From a virus (Duplodnaviria; Caudoviricetes): a DNA stretch of 64,000 bases. The notes under the pieces were generated by a model. The model made no database searches. It had not been told where the DNA came from and was given only the letters and a program-made list of their open reading frames with translations. The stretch's first letter is position 1, and every line of letters starts with the position of its first letter. Made by a program: the position numbers and the translations under genes. Where the stretch lies: positions 64,001-128,000 of the IMG/VR virus record IMGVR_UViG_3300035696_000004, one strand, 5' to 3'. Positions 34,459 to 43,723 of the stretch are shown here, in pieces.

Positions 34459-35424
34459 CTAGATGAGCTTTTCGTCATCAGAGCCCGACTTGACCGTAAA
34501 CCCACACGCCTTCGGATGGCCACCGCCACCATACCGTTGGGCGATAGGAATCAGATTGAGGTTCTGATGCTCACGCGCTCGGATGGAATACTTCCGATCA
34601 CCTGTGTACAGATCATCTTGATACGCGGCGGCAAACGGCGCATCAGGATAGAGTTCCAATAGGACATCGCACGCCTGTGTCACGAGGTAGTACGGGATCG
34701 GAATAGCCGGCACCCAATTACCACCAATTCGAATGTTCCGGGCCGAAATCTTAATGATTTGCAGGATGAAGGACCTTTCGGCGGAACGAATGTGTCGTCC
34801 ATTAATTGCGAACGAATACAACATCATTCCTGCTTCTGCACGAGACTCTGGCGAGGTATCGAGCAATTGTCCAAAGTAGTCGCTAAAACCGTCGATGTCT
34901 TTCCTGACGAAAGATTCTTGGTTTGTGGCGAATGCGTGGAAATCTAAAGCCATTGGGCCCTCGTGATGAAGATCACGATCTTGCACCAATGTAAGCATCA
35001 ATGGAATCGACTCTTCCGGATGGAAAAACTCCCACGTCATCGTGGCGCCACATTTGTCGGTATCGATCATAATAGTTTTCGAGATCGGACATTCCTCAGA
35101 GCCCGCTAGAGCGAGGTCAGCCTCATCCCAGGTGTGATGATCGAGAACGATCACCTGGGACGCTTTTTCAACGGCTGCAAAGACATCCGGTAGATGGGGA
35201 GCAAAATCCAGAAAGAAAATGCTGGCGCCTGGTTTAATGTCCTTGATCAACGGCTTCAGGTCTGTTTTGTACGTGACTGCCTGAAGAAGAAGCGGGAGAC
35301 CTTTTTCTTCCAGAAAGCGTTTGGCGATGATTGCCGACATCATCCCGTCTACGCAGTCGTCGTGATAAAAAACGACTGCGTGTTGAACAGGTTCCGGAAG
35401 TGTTTCGTAAATGGGCTTTACCAT
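34459..35424 (-). CDS. DHH/DHHA1 phosphoesterase
   Basis: YHDDCVDG; LDHH; GGGGHPKACGF. Confidence 0.9.
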   Translation of the reverse strand: MVKPIYETLPEPVQHAVVFYHDDCVDGMMSAIIAKRFLEEKGLPLLLQAVTYKTDLKPLIKDIKPGASIFFLDFAPHLPDVFAAVEKASQVIVLDHHTWDEADLALAGSEECPISKTIMIDTDKCGATMTWEFFHPEESIPLMLTLVQDRDLHHEGPMALDFHAFATNQESFVRKDIDGFSDYFGQLLDTSPESRAEAGMMLYSFAINGRHIRSAERSFILQIIKISARNIRIGGNWVPAIPIPYYLVTQACDVLLELYPDAPFAAAYQDDLYTGDRKYSIRAREHQNLNLIPIAQRYGGGGHPKACGFTVKSGSDDEKLI

Positions 35425-35448
35425 GAATTTCCCCTTTGCTATTCAGCG

Positions 35449-35910
35449 TTACTTCTTCAACTTACCCTTGAGTTTCATGACACGATGCTTGAGCTCTTCG
35501 ATGCGGGTTTGTTGTTCGCGGATAACGATTGCCGTGCGGTGCCGTTGGGTGTTTAGGGTGGTGAGCGTTGCTTTGATGTTTTCAAGCTCTTTGCTGAAAT
35601 ACATCATCTGGCGTTCCGGCAACGTGAGACGCGTGACGACGAGACTCCTCGGATCTGATACAGACAGGATCGGAGGAACAACACCTTGATACGTGGCATT
35701 CAGTGCGCCACGCAGGACCGTGTCCTGATCGGCATCGAAAGGGGACACACAGAGGTATTGTTGTTCGTGTCCTCTGCCATCTCGGTCGGTGATTTTAAAA
35801 CTGGCCACGCCTTTCCTGTCGAGCTCGCGGTGACCTTGGATACACTCAAGATAGAGTGTCTCGCGGTTGAGAGGGAACGAATCCGAGACGGTGATATCAG
35901 GTTCTTGCAT
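35449..35910 (-). CDS. Hypothetical protein with C-terminal coiled coil
   Basis: 153-aa ORF. Confidence 0.65.
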   Translation of the reverse strand: MQEPDITVSDSFPLNRETLYLECIQGHRELDRKGVASFKITDRDGRGHEQQYLCVSPFDADQDTVLRGALNATYQGVVPPILSVSDPRSLVVTRLTLPERQMMYFSKELENIKATLTTLNTQRHRTAIVIREQQTRIEELKHRVMKLKGKLKK

Positions 35911-35924
35911 GATGTGCCCTTTTT

Positions 35925-36221
35925 TTAGTTTTTGTAGAAGTGTTCGTGAAGAGAACCACCGATATCACAATCTTCGGGGAACCAGTTTTCACCGTTGGAA
36001 ATGCGATATTCTTTATCCTCCTCTCCCACATTTGGGAAAACTTGGAATCCGGGGAGATCGACATCTTCGCCATCCAGGATCACGGGGAGCGAGAAGATCG
36101 CTCCTTCCGTCCTTTCCAGCGGACTTTGATTGGGCTGTTCCGCCCAATACTTGGCGATGCTCCGGGCCTTTTCCAGGAACATTTCTTTGACTTCTTCTTG
36201 GGTGTATTCACGAGATTGCAT
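35925..36221 (-). CDS. Conserved phage hypothetical protein
   Basis: SREYTQEEVKEMFL..ILDG..LPGF..GENWFP..DIGGSLHE. Confidence 0.7.
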   Translation of the reverse strand: MQSREYTQEEVKEMFLEKARSIAKYWAEQPNQSPLERTEGAIFSLPVILDGEDVDLPGFQVFPNVGEEDKEYRISNGENWFPEDCDIGGSLHEHFYKN

Positions 36222-36238
36222 GGCTGTATTCCTTGTTG

Positions 36239-36616
36239 TTAATGTCCGTTGAGAACTTCGTACTCGTGTGGAGACATACGGGCATTGTAATTGAAATAGT
36301 ACTCCGGCGCAGCACGAAACTCTGTGTGGCGACACCTGAGCGCTTCATCCAGATAAATCACCGTAGCCGCAGGAAGCTCTCGTTTGACTTCGCGTGCCAG
36401 ATCGAGACCCTTTTCTGCGTAAGCGATGACCTCTTGCTTATCGGAGAGATCGATCCCTCGATACTTCAATGACCACGCTGCCAACCGACGGCGCAGACCC
36501 GACGTGATCGGGTAGTCATCAGGATCAAAGTTGATCCCATTTCCCTTGCAAATACCAGGATGGTTGTAGTCCGCCATTACTTTGACGATCTTCGTGTATT
36601 GTTCAGGTTCCCGCAT
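36239..36616 (-). CDS. Hypothetical protein
   Basis: VKVMADY..DPDDYPITSGLRRRLAAW..GLDLAREV. Confidence 0.65.
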   Translation of the reverse strand: MREPEQYTKIVKVMADYNHPGICKGNGINFDPDDYPITSGLRRRLAAWSLKYRGIDLSDKQEVIAYAEKGLDLAREVKRELPAATVIYLDEALRCRHTEFRAAPEYYFNYNARMSPHEYEVLNGH

Positions 36617-36622
36617 TTTTTA

Positions 36623-37300
36623 TCACTCCATTACCAGGATTGCGTAGAGCTTTATCAAATTGTCTAAAGCGAGTTTTACTTCTTCATCATCCACATCGCA
36701 ATGATCTAGAAGGATTTGTTTGGTGTCCTCCATCCATTTAGTCGCTGCTTTTTTACTGCAATAGTGGATTTTCTTGATCTTTAAGAACCGGTTTCGTTGT
36801 GCTCCCTCCATCTGTGTCAGATAAAAGACATACTCACGTCCTTTATTGATGAAGTATTCGGACAGATCAGGAAGGGATTCACCCGATTCCAAAGTCGGTT
36901 GGGCCTCGGCGCCCGTATCGTAATACCGGACAAGATGAAGATCTGTACGGGCATACAGACCACAATCCTCAAACCCGAGCTTCTTATAAAAGCCCACGAC
37001 ATCTGCGTAGCAATAGGCTTCGATAAAGAACGGACCATTGTCGAGTTCGTGGAGTAGCAGGATCGCTTTCTCGATGAGCATGCGACCATACCCCTTCCCG
37101 CGATAATCCGCATCGATGTAGAGCTCATTGAGCTCGTACAGCCCGCCCAGACAAAACGATTCATGCACATCGACACCCCCGACGACGTGGTCGTCACAAA
37201 CGTCCCCCAAATGCAACGCGATGTGTTGATGCATCGACTTCGAATCTTCAAACCCGTATCCAGGAGCATACGGGAACGCCGTTGCTTTCTTTGCCATCAC
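36623..37300 (-). CDS. GNAT acetyltransferase with extra C-terminal helical domain
   Basis: LYIDADYRGKGYG (acetyl-CoA motif A); GFYKKLGF (motif B). Confidence 0.8.
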   Translation of the reverse strand: MMAKKATAFPYAPGYGFEDSKSMHQHIALHLGDVCDDHVVGGVDVHESFCLGGLYELNELYIDADYRGKGYGRMLIEKAILLLHELDNGPFFIEAYCYADVVGFYKKLGFEDCGLYARTDLHLVRYYDTGAEAQPTLESGESLPDLSEYFINKGREYVFYLTQMEGAQRNRFLKIKKIHYCSKKAATKWMEDTKQILLDHCDVDDEEVKLALDNLIKLYAILVME

Positions 37301-37500
37301 TCTACCTCGATTGTTAAGGGCGCACCGGCTTCAGACCAGATCCTTTCGACCTCTTGATCATACGCCTCGCTACTGAGCGTCCGATAGTTCACTTTTCGTT
37401 TGGCAATCAGGAGATCCGCTTGCACCTGAGTATACAGCTTCCCTGCGTATTCCAAGAGCCACATCATGCGTTCGACTCCCGTGGTGCGTCTGATAGCCAT
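37297..37500 (-). CDS. Small early protein
   Basis: 67 aa, AAGGA RBS immediately after promoter. Confidence 0.6.
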   Translation of the reverse strand: MAIRRTTGVERMMWLLEYAGKLYTQVQADLLIAKRKVNYRTLSSEAYDQEVERIWSEAGAPLTIEVE

Positions 37501-37515
37501 TGTGGATTCCTTTAA

Positions 37516-37540
37516 GTAATATATGTTTCAGAATGTCTAG
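37516..37540 (-). promoter_or_regulatory. Early promoter
   Basis: CTAGACATTCTGA-AACA-TATATTAC. Confidence 0.75.
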
Positions 37541-37617
37541 AGTGTCGAAAAAAATAATACCTGTCATAAAAGACTCTCTCAGGTAAAAACCTGAGAGAGT
37601 CCCTTGAAACGAATCGG

Positions 37618-37839
37618 TTATAAACGAAAGCCACCTGTCATCAACGCCCAGAGTATCCCAAACAGCAGGAGTGTACCGATCAGACCAAACTGCTTCATAG
37701 GTCGGATACGAAGTGCTCGTAGGACCAACCATGTAACAGCTATCCATACGAGCTTTGCTCCAAGCCCGAGAGGACTAATCGATTTACCGAGGAGCTTGTA
37801 GACAGCGTAGATGATCAGTAACGCTACGAGCAGGTTCAT
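37618..37839 (-). CDS. Small membrane protein
   Basis: 73 aa with three hydrophobic segments. Confidence 0.65.
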   Translation of the reverse strand: MNLLVALLIIYAVYKLLGKSISPLGLGAKLVWIAVTWLVLRALRIRPMKQFGLIGTLLLFGILWALMTGGFRL

Positions 37840-37841
37840 GA

Positions 37842-38315
37842 TTACTCCCCGAAGGCGAGGGCGATCTCGTCGACGATCTTGAAGCGATCGAGTGCCATCG
37901 GAACATCCATGTCCCAGTCTTGGCTGACCCAGTCATCCTCGAAACGACGATTCGGGTCCTGCACCAAGATGGTGGCATTTTCGGGTTCGACGAGATCGAT
38001 GAGGAGGCGAATGTTGTATTCGCCACCGAGTCGGATATAAGCGTAGGCACGTTCCGGTGCGGATGCGAAGACGTAGACACCCGAATGCATGCGGTCATCC
38101 TTCATGAACCCGACGTCCTTGACGATGGTGCTCATGTTCGGCATCACTCGAGTGGCCACCGAACTGGGCATGTGGGCCGGATGCACGTAACGCGCGAGCA
38201 GTCGCACGACTTCGCGGAGACGCATTTTGTCCATCTTGACTTCCGGCATCGATTCCGGGATGAACGGTTGGGTCATTTTCACGGAAAGGGTCGCACCAAT
38301 CTTGATAGAGGACAT
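37842..38315 (-). CDS. Hypothetical protein
   Basis: 157-aa ORF, AAGGAG RBS. Confidence 0.65.
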   Translation of the reverse strand: MSSIKIGATLSVKMTQPFIPESMPEVKMDKMRLREVVRLLARYVHPAHMPSSVATRVMPNMSTIVKDVGFMKDDRMHSGVYVFASAPERAYAYIRLGGEYNIRLLIDLVEPENATILVQDPNRRFEDDWVSQDWDMDVPMALDRFKIVDEIALAFGE

Positions 38316-38349
38316 TCTTATACTCCTTGTTAATTAAATCAACTACACA

Positions 38350-38985
38350 TTAAAGGCTGTCGTTCAACTTCTGGCAGCGTATCGCATTACGGACCGTCAT
38401 GTAGATCTGCTCGGCGATGATGTCAGGGTCTTGATGACCATTGATGGTGAGCATCGAGCTCGAGGAATTGTAGTAATCGATGACGGCCTGTTTATATCGA
38501 TCGCCTTCCAGATCTTTTCGATCCAGTTCACTTCCGTTCGCACGCGCCTTTCGGGCGAGGCATTCTTCCAGACTGATCTTGAGATAGAAGGTCAGGTCCG
38601 GTTTGCAGCCTCCCACAACCATCTTTTCAAGATAGTCGATGTCTTCTTCACGACACTTGCCCGCAGCCATTTGATACGCTCGCGTACTTTGCGTGAAGCG
38701 ATCGCAAAGGACGATAAAGCCATGGTCCAGCGACTCCTTAATGTCGTGCGCATGCTGACGCCGAGCCGCGTTGTAAAGAAGAAGTTCGGTGACGGGATCG
38801 ACGGCTTCGTCCCGCTTCGCGAGGATAGTCTTTCGGATCTCGCCAGCCATCGGCGTACCGCCGGGTTCACGAGTGACATGGACGAAGTTCCCGGGTTCTC
38901 GATACAGTCGTTCAGCCAACAGCCGAAGTTGTGTGGTCTTCCCGGAAAAGTCGACGCCTTCGAAAACAATGAACAATCCTGCCAT
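38350..38985 (-). CDS. tmk: Thymidylate (dTMP) kinase
   Basis: FEGVDFSGKTTQ; TREPGG; LCDRF..S..AYQ; PDLTFYL. Confidence 0.95.
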   Translation of the reverse strand: MAGLFIVFEGVDFSGKTTQLRLLAERLYREPGNFVHVTREPGGTPMAGEIRKTILAKRDEAVDPVTELLLYNAARRQHAHDIKESLDHGFIVLCDRFTQSTRAYQMAAGKCREEDIDYLEKMVVGGCKPDLTFYLKISLEECLARKARANGSELDRKDLEGDRYKQAVIDYYNSSSSMLTINGHQDPDIIAEQIYMTVRNAIRCQKLNDSL

Positions 38986-38986
38986 C

Positions 38987-39769
38987 CTAATTCCTTTTTT
39001 GAAGTTGGGACATTTTGATATCGAGGTAATTCGCAGCGTAGCCCTCGTCCCGCATATACGTCTTCGGGATAGGGATACCCGAGAGCGCCGAGAACACCAT
39101 CACCGCACCTGCCACACGAGCTGGGTCATGAGCGAGTCTGGCAAAGCTCCGATAAAAAGCTTCGAATGTCGGGAATTCTCGGTTACCGATCTGCCCGATA
39201 ATGGCATCGCCGGTGGCGTCCACAAGAACATAATCGCCCGGTGCCATATAGATCTTTTTGATTGGAAGCGCCCTCAGCGATGCGAGATCAACCACTTCAC
39301 GATCCCGATGTCGTACGAGGTACTTCCAGATCTCATAGGTTCGATCATCGAATAGCGCCAACGCTTCTGGGAAACGCCTACGTGCCAGCAACGAGAAGGC
39401 TGAGTAAACACGCAGACGATCGGGATAGTTCGTTCGCCAGTCTTCCAGCCTCGCGTCCACCAGATATCGCGCCGGCGTCACGCTAGATTCACCGTACCCC
39501 AATGCATCAAAATCCAGATGCAAGAAATCGGAGACGGCCTGAGTTTTTGGTGAACCCAGGAGTTTGAGTACCTCATCGCGATCGACGTAAACCATTCCGT
39601 CACGAGTGGTCCAGCAATCCTCAAACCGGACGTTAACCAAATCCCGCATTTTGGTGGTTACTTCTTTCCGTTTCTCCCGGGATGATCTCCGATTCAAAAA
39701 ATCCACCACGCCAGAATAGACTAAGATCCCCAGCGACAGTATCGACAAATCGATAAGGAAGTGTGGCAT
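38987..39769 (-). CDS. Membrane-anchored hypothetical protein
   Basis: 260 aa, N-terminal hydrophobic helix. Confidence 0.6.
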   Translation of the reverse strand: MPHFLIDLSILSLGILVYSGVVDFLNRRSSREKRKEVTTKMRDLVNVRFEDCWTTRDGMVYVDRDEVLKLLGSPKTQAVSDFLHLDFDALGYGESSVTPARYLVDARLEDWRTNYPDRLRVYSAFSLLARRRFPEALALFDDRTYEIWKYLVRHRDREVVDLASLRALPIKKIYMAPGDYVLVDATGDAIIGQIGNREFPTFEAFYRSFARLAHDPARVAGAVMVFSALSGIPIPKTYMRDEGYAANYLDIKMSQLQKRN

Positions 39770-39778
39770 AGAAGAACC

Positions 39779-40168
39779 TTACGCTGTCATCGACGATTGG
39801 CGGAAATGCGCCACAGCCGGCATATCGCCCATATCTTCGATGGTGGTCTGCGGTAGTGCGACCGTCGGTTTGGCTTGGGAGCCGTAATGGACAATCTCGG
39901 ACGGCGTGTAGCCTTGTTCAGCCGCCGAATCCCAGATGTAGCGCATCAGATGCAGGTCCAGCTTCGGTGCGTCTACAGCGCCGGCAAAGACGAAAGAGAC
40001 CGTGATGTTTCGCAGCTTGTTCTTGGGAGAGGTCACGATGATCTTACCGTGCTCACCGAACGCCGCAGCGTCCTTGTAGAACTTGATCGGGGGAAGGCCT
40101 TCGTAACGGTACTCGGTGCCAGTCAGGCATTCGAAAAAGGTAGCGGCCATACGGGTGATGATATTCAT
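39779..40168 (-). CDS. Hypothetical protein
   Basis: Start at MNIITR; strong codon bias. Confidence 0.65.
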   Translation of the reverse strand: MNIITRMAATFFECLTGTEYRYEGLPPIKFYKDAAAFGEHGKIIVTSPKNKLRNITVSFVFAGAVDAPKLDLHLMRYIWDSAAEQGYTPSEIVHYGSQAKPTVALPQTTIEDMGDMPAVAHFRQSSMTA

Positions 40169-40202
40169 GATAAGGACTTTCTTATAGAGTGGATGAAGGA
40201 TG

Positions 40203-40445
40203 TTACTGATTGATGCGTTGTGCTTCGAGCGCAAAGGCGTACAGATCGCGCGTTTGTTTCCAGAGCAGGTCAACCTGAGCATCCGGCATCGAGAGATCCT
40301 TGATGATGACATTGGCAGCGCGTAAGCGCTGGATGTTTTGTTCGTGCGCCAGGACGTTCAGGAAACCATTGTGGTATTGCACCTTGTCGACCGAGATGGC
40401 GTGGAGCGTATTTTCCATATCGGCTTTGAGTTCACGCAAGTTCAT
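40203..40445 (-). CDS. Small hypothetical protein
   Basis: 80 aa, ATGA overlap. Confidence 0.6.
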   Translation of the reverse strand: MNLRELKADMENTLHAISVDKVQYHNGFLNVLAHEQNIQRLRAANVIIKDLSMPDAQVDLLWKQTRDLYAFALEAQRINQ

Positions 40446-40786
40446 TTTGCCTTTCCTTTCACCATCTTCAACAAGATTTTCTGATCAGGCGATAATCCGA
40501 CGATACGACCTTTACTGTCCTTGCATACGAACCGGCATTGATAGCCGTTTTTGTCTTTGTCACTTTCGTTAATGAAGGGGAGACGGGTCACGAGATCCAT
40601 CGGAGAAAAGACGATGTCTTTACTCGTGATGTAGTTCAGGTCCTCCAGGTTCCCTTGGAGATCATACACGTTGTACTTCCCGTCATCTGTCAGGCCGATG
40701 ACCTGAATCTGATCTTTCTTGTGGCAGGCTGCGACTCCAACTGCAATGAGCAAACCTACCATCAACAGCTTCAGACGTTTAACCAT
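40442..40786 (-). CDS. Putative lipoprotein (early gene)
   Basis: Signal peptide with lipobox VAAC; first gene after promoter at 40828. Confidence 0.7.
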   Translation of the reverse strand: MVKRLKLLMVGLLIAVGVAACHKKDQIQVIGLTDDGKYNVYDLQGNLEDLNYITSKDIVFSPMDLVTRLPFINESDKDKNGYQCRFVCKDSKGRIVGLSPDQKILLKMVKGKAK

Positions 40787-40827
40787 GGTGGAGCTCCGAT
40801 AAAGGTTTACTACTGAATGTCATTTCC

Positions 40828-40852
40828 GTAATATAGTCATGAAATATTCTAG
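40828..40852 (-). promoter_or_regulatory. Early promoter (best consensus match)
   Basis: CTAGAATATTTCA-TGAC-TATATTAC. Confidence 0.8.
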
Positions 40853-40879
40853 AATCGTTTAAAAAATGACAGCATAAAA

Positions 40880-40899
40880 GGAGAGCCCGAAGGCTCTCC
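40880..40899 (-). terminator. Terminator
   Basis: GGAGAGCC-UUCG-GGCUCUCC-UUUUAUGCUGUC. Confidence 0.85.
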
Positions 40900-40913
40900 C
40901 CGTATGACCTCAC

Positions 40914-41420
40914 TCAAGCAGCGAGGACTTCTTTCGATTCATTGAGCATGAAGGCTCGAAGTTCATCGACAGCCGGGCGATCGTAATCCTTGATGGACTT
41001 GATCATCCAGATATCTTGCGGTCTGACACGCCAGGATGAACCTAGACGGAAGAGATCGCATCCTGCGTAGGCAGCACATGCCGCTACCAACTCAGAGCAG
41101 AACCATTCGTTGTCTTCGGTCCAGTCACGATGCACCAGGAAACCAAAGAGCGCACGAACGTCGTAGCTCTTTCCGACCTGCTCCAGAGCGTACGCTTCGA
41201 TATCCGCATTCTCAGCTTCGGTACATTCGTATTCCGAGATGTAGTAGTCGGTGTGTGCCGACAGCATCGTCTCGAGCGAAACATGTCGCACCTTCGGCCA
41301 GGTCGCTTCCACAACCGTGCCATCGGAAAGCAAGATTCCCACATGCGACCACTTCGACCAGGTCGCTGCACGAATCATCACGGCACCAGGGGCATTCGAG
41401 GTGCAGAAAATGACTTTCAT
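40914..41420 (-). CDS. Permuted papain-like amidase (YiiX/YaeF, NlpC/P60 superfamily)
   Basis: WSHVGI..VVEA..GKSYD..WFCSELVA: His before Cys, as in the permuted family. Confidence 0.85.
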   Translation of the reverse strand: MKVIFCTSNAPGAVMIRAATWSKWSHVGILLSDGTVVEATWPKVRHVSLETMLSAHTDYYISEYECTEAENADIEAYALEQVGKSYDVRALFGFLVHRDWTEDNEWFCSELVAACAAYAGCDLFRLGSSWRVRPQDIWMIKSIKDYDRPAVDELRAFMLNESKEVLAA

Positions 41421-42040
41421 TTCACCATTCCTTTATATTTCGATGAGCGGGTGTACCAGATGTTTTTGACGTACTCCCGGTTGATCTGATAGGCACTGAC
41501 AGAATAGGTACCACGAGGCTTTTTAGACTTCGTGGAGACCTGTTCTACGTTCCCAAACCAAACGGTAGGGTCGCAGCCCTTTGTGTTGCCACAGAGCCGC
41601 CTATCCGCCTGGAAACCCCCAAAACCGCCATTGTAACTCGAGAGCATGCAAGCCACCGAATCACGACCCGGTTTCATCAAACGAGAACACGATTGATAAA
41701 AGCCTCTGTCCATCACGACCCCGGCAATAACTTGATTCTGAAGATTGAAGCGATCAGACCATTGCCAGTTTCTGAGAGCAGGGACTTGGCGCTTCATCAT
41801 TTCAAAATTGTTGTATTGTCGGGTATTGGTCAGCTGAAAGACACCGAAACCGTATTCTTGGTTGGGTCCTCCTGCTTTGTTTTCGGTGTGAGGATTCAGG
41901 CAACGTGGACTCTTGAGCGACATGCAGGTTTCTTGCTCGGATTGTCCCATCAGAATTTCTTTTGCTGGCATCGTCGACCAAAAGCTCGGCAGGACGAGCG
42001 CAAGGACGGCGGCCAGCTTTGCAGCGGCCGCAGGAATCAT
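41417..42040 (-). CDS. Lytic transglycosylase (endolysin-like)
   Basis: Start MIPAAAAK with ATGA overlap; QSEQET catalytic Glu; GFGVFQLT; SSYNGG. Confidence 0.8.
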   Translation of the reverse strand: MIPAAAAKLAAVLALVLPSFWSTMPAKEILMGQSEQETCMSLKSPRCLNPHTENKAGGPNQEYGFGVFQLTNTRQYNNFEMMKRQVPALRNWQWSDRFNLQNQVIAGVVMDRGFYQSCSRLMKPGRDSVACMLSSYNGGFGGFQADRRLCGNTKGCDPTVWFGNVEQVSTKSKKPRGTYSVSAYQINREYVKNIWYTRSSKYKGMVK

Positions 42041-42498
42041 CGCCCGTTTACTCCTGCACCGTAACTCAGCGCCAGCCAGATAGCGAAGCCGATGATCACG
42101 AGCCCCGAGAATATCTTGAGTCCAGCCAATTCGATCCCCGCCGCAACATTGCCTTTGGATACGGCGTCTTTCAAATCTTTGATCGACGTACCCGACCAGA
42201 AGAGACGCGTCACCACCAGAGCAAACCCAGCAATCAACAGAATACCGCCGCACAACGTAATGGTCGTGATGAATTGCGGAAGATTGACAGGGCCGTCCGG
42301 TGAGACAGGGATCCTCAGCGTGAGCAGAATCCCCCCGACAACGATGAGCACCCATGCACTCGGGTCGAAGAAGGCTTTCATCCGATCATCCTTGGCGATC
42401 GTACGGAATGCCGCACCGGATTTCAGTCCGATGAAAGACAGGATGATCGCGAATAGCCAGATGGCTTTGGTGTACAACTTGGATAGCAACGATTTCAT
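42037..42498 (-). CDS. Putative holin
   Basis: 3-4 TM helices directly upstream of the transglycosylase; second in-frame start with AAGGA RBS at 42381. Confidence 0.6.
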   Translation of the reverse strand: MKSLLSKLYTKAIWLFAIILSFIGLKSGAAFRTIAKDDRMKAFFDPSAWVLIVVGGILLTLRIPVSPDGPVNLPQFITTITLCGGILLIAGFALVVTRLFWSGTSIKDLKDAVSKGNVAAGIELAGLKIFSGLVIIGFAIWLALSYGAGVNGR

Positions 42499-42507
42499 TT
42501 CAGGCCC

Positions 42508-43110
42508 CTAATGGTCTTTGTAGGTGGGTGGCCACCCGGTGGTGTAATCGTATCCCAGGACAGACACCGCTGTTGCGCCATCCGCAGCAGCGAGAGCTTG
42601 CATGTTTGCCTTGTGGACATTAGCTGCTTTCGAGATGGCAGCGGACTGTTCAATCCCCGCCGTAAAAGCAGCGGTCGCAAATGCTTGATTGACAGGAATG
42701 ACGGTTTCATCCATACATGTCCAATCAATCCCGGACGGAATGTTTGCGCCCATTCCCGAAAACACGATGACCCGTGTCTTGTTGACTTCATCCGATTGAA
42801 TCCAGTACGTCGTTTCCGAAAGAACCACAGGATACCCACCGTTGAGATCCAGTGCGCGACTGTAGGCTTCAACACCGGCTAATTGAAACGCCAATGCACG
42901 GGCAACACTCGCGGGCGCCGTCAGGTGCGCTGTAATCACAGTTGTGATCGCATCTTCATTCCCGGATGCCGTTTGATCGAACTCCAGCGTATAGCCAAAC
43001 GTCGACATCGAAAAGGAGGATCCACATGCCGCTACCAATTCATCAGCCAGTGCAGCTGGGGAGAAATCAGGGTAGCTTCCATCGGCATTGGGCTGAATGA
43101 TGTATTGCAT
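42508..43110 (-). CDS. Tail fibre assembly-like protein (DUF4376-type C-terminus)
   Basis: Start MQYIIQ with AAGGA RBS; WIQSD..DWTCMDET..GYDYTTGWP. Confidence 0.65.
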   Translation of the reverse strand: MQYIIQPNADGSYPDFSPAALADELVAACGSSFSMSTFGYTLEFDQTASGNEDAITTVITAHLTAPASVARALAFQLAGVEAYSRALDLNGGYPVVLSETTYWIQSDEVNKTRVIVFSGMGANIPSGIDWTCMDETVIPVNQAFATAAFTAGIEQSAAISKAANVHKANMQALAAADGATAVSVLGYDYTTGWPPTYKDH

Positions 43111-43124
43111 GTTTTTTCCTTTGA

Positions 43125-43709
43125 TTAGACGAGTCCGATGAATCCGGGTAAGAATTTGGCTTCGATAGTGCCCGCCAGTTGCACAGCGTGCTTCACTGTG
43201 CCTTCCCAATCCTGTTTGTCGATGATTATCCTGTCCCGGAAAAATGAGGCCCACTGGAACTCACTGTAGGGCGTATGGACTTTCGTAAAGCCACCAGCGT
43301 CACGACACACCCCAGCGAGAGATCGGTACGGATCATCGACCAAATCTTCCACACGTTTCGGGATTTGTGTCACGGACATCAGTTTTCCATCTGGACCTCC
43401 GAGATACAGAAGCTCCATGACGGACATGACTCGGAAGAACTTGTCCGGAGGGATGGTGTGGAATTCATGCACGGCATTGTAATAGCAGTGCTTGTGTTTT
43501 CTCCTGACCAGCGCCAGACCGAGATGGTGGTGATCAATCATGAACTTTCTGTTGCGGGGACCGGTGACGACCGGGAAAGGATGTTCCTGCAAATACAGAT
43601 CCAGTTCCTTCTCGGTCATCCCCTCGAGTCGAGCCTCTTTCAATTCCACTTCTTTATACCCTACCACAATTTGGGTAGGGTGAAGCTCGACGACTTCACC
43701 CTTATGCAT
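43125..43709 (-). CDS. ParB/Srx-like putative nuclease (ParBc_2 type)
   Basis: LHPTQIVVG; IDHHHL; DDPYRSLAG..GGF.K..EFQWASFFR. Confidence 0.8.
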   Translation of the reverse strand: MHKGEVVELHPTQIVVGYKEVELKEARLEGMTEKELDLYLQEHPFPVVTGPRNRKFMIDHHHLGLALVRRKHKHCYYNAVHEFHTIPPDKFFRVMSVMELLYLGGPDGKLMSVTQIPKRVEDLVDDPYRSLAGVCRDAGGFTKVHTPYSEFQWASFFRDRIIIDKQDWEGTVKHAVQLAGTIEAKFLPGFIGLV

Positions 43710-43723
43710 TTTCGTTCCTTCCC

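Noticed and set aside
41417-42355. 312-aa ORF as given in the ORF track
   Set aside because: The first 105 codons overlap the holin in another frame; the likely start is the ATGA-coupled ATG at 42040
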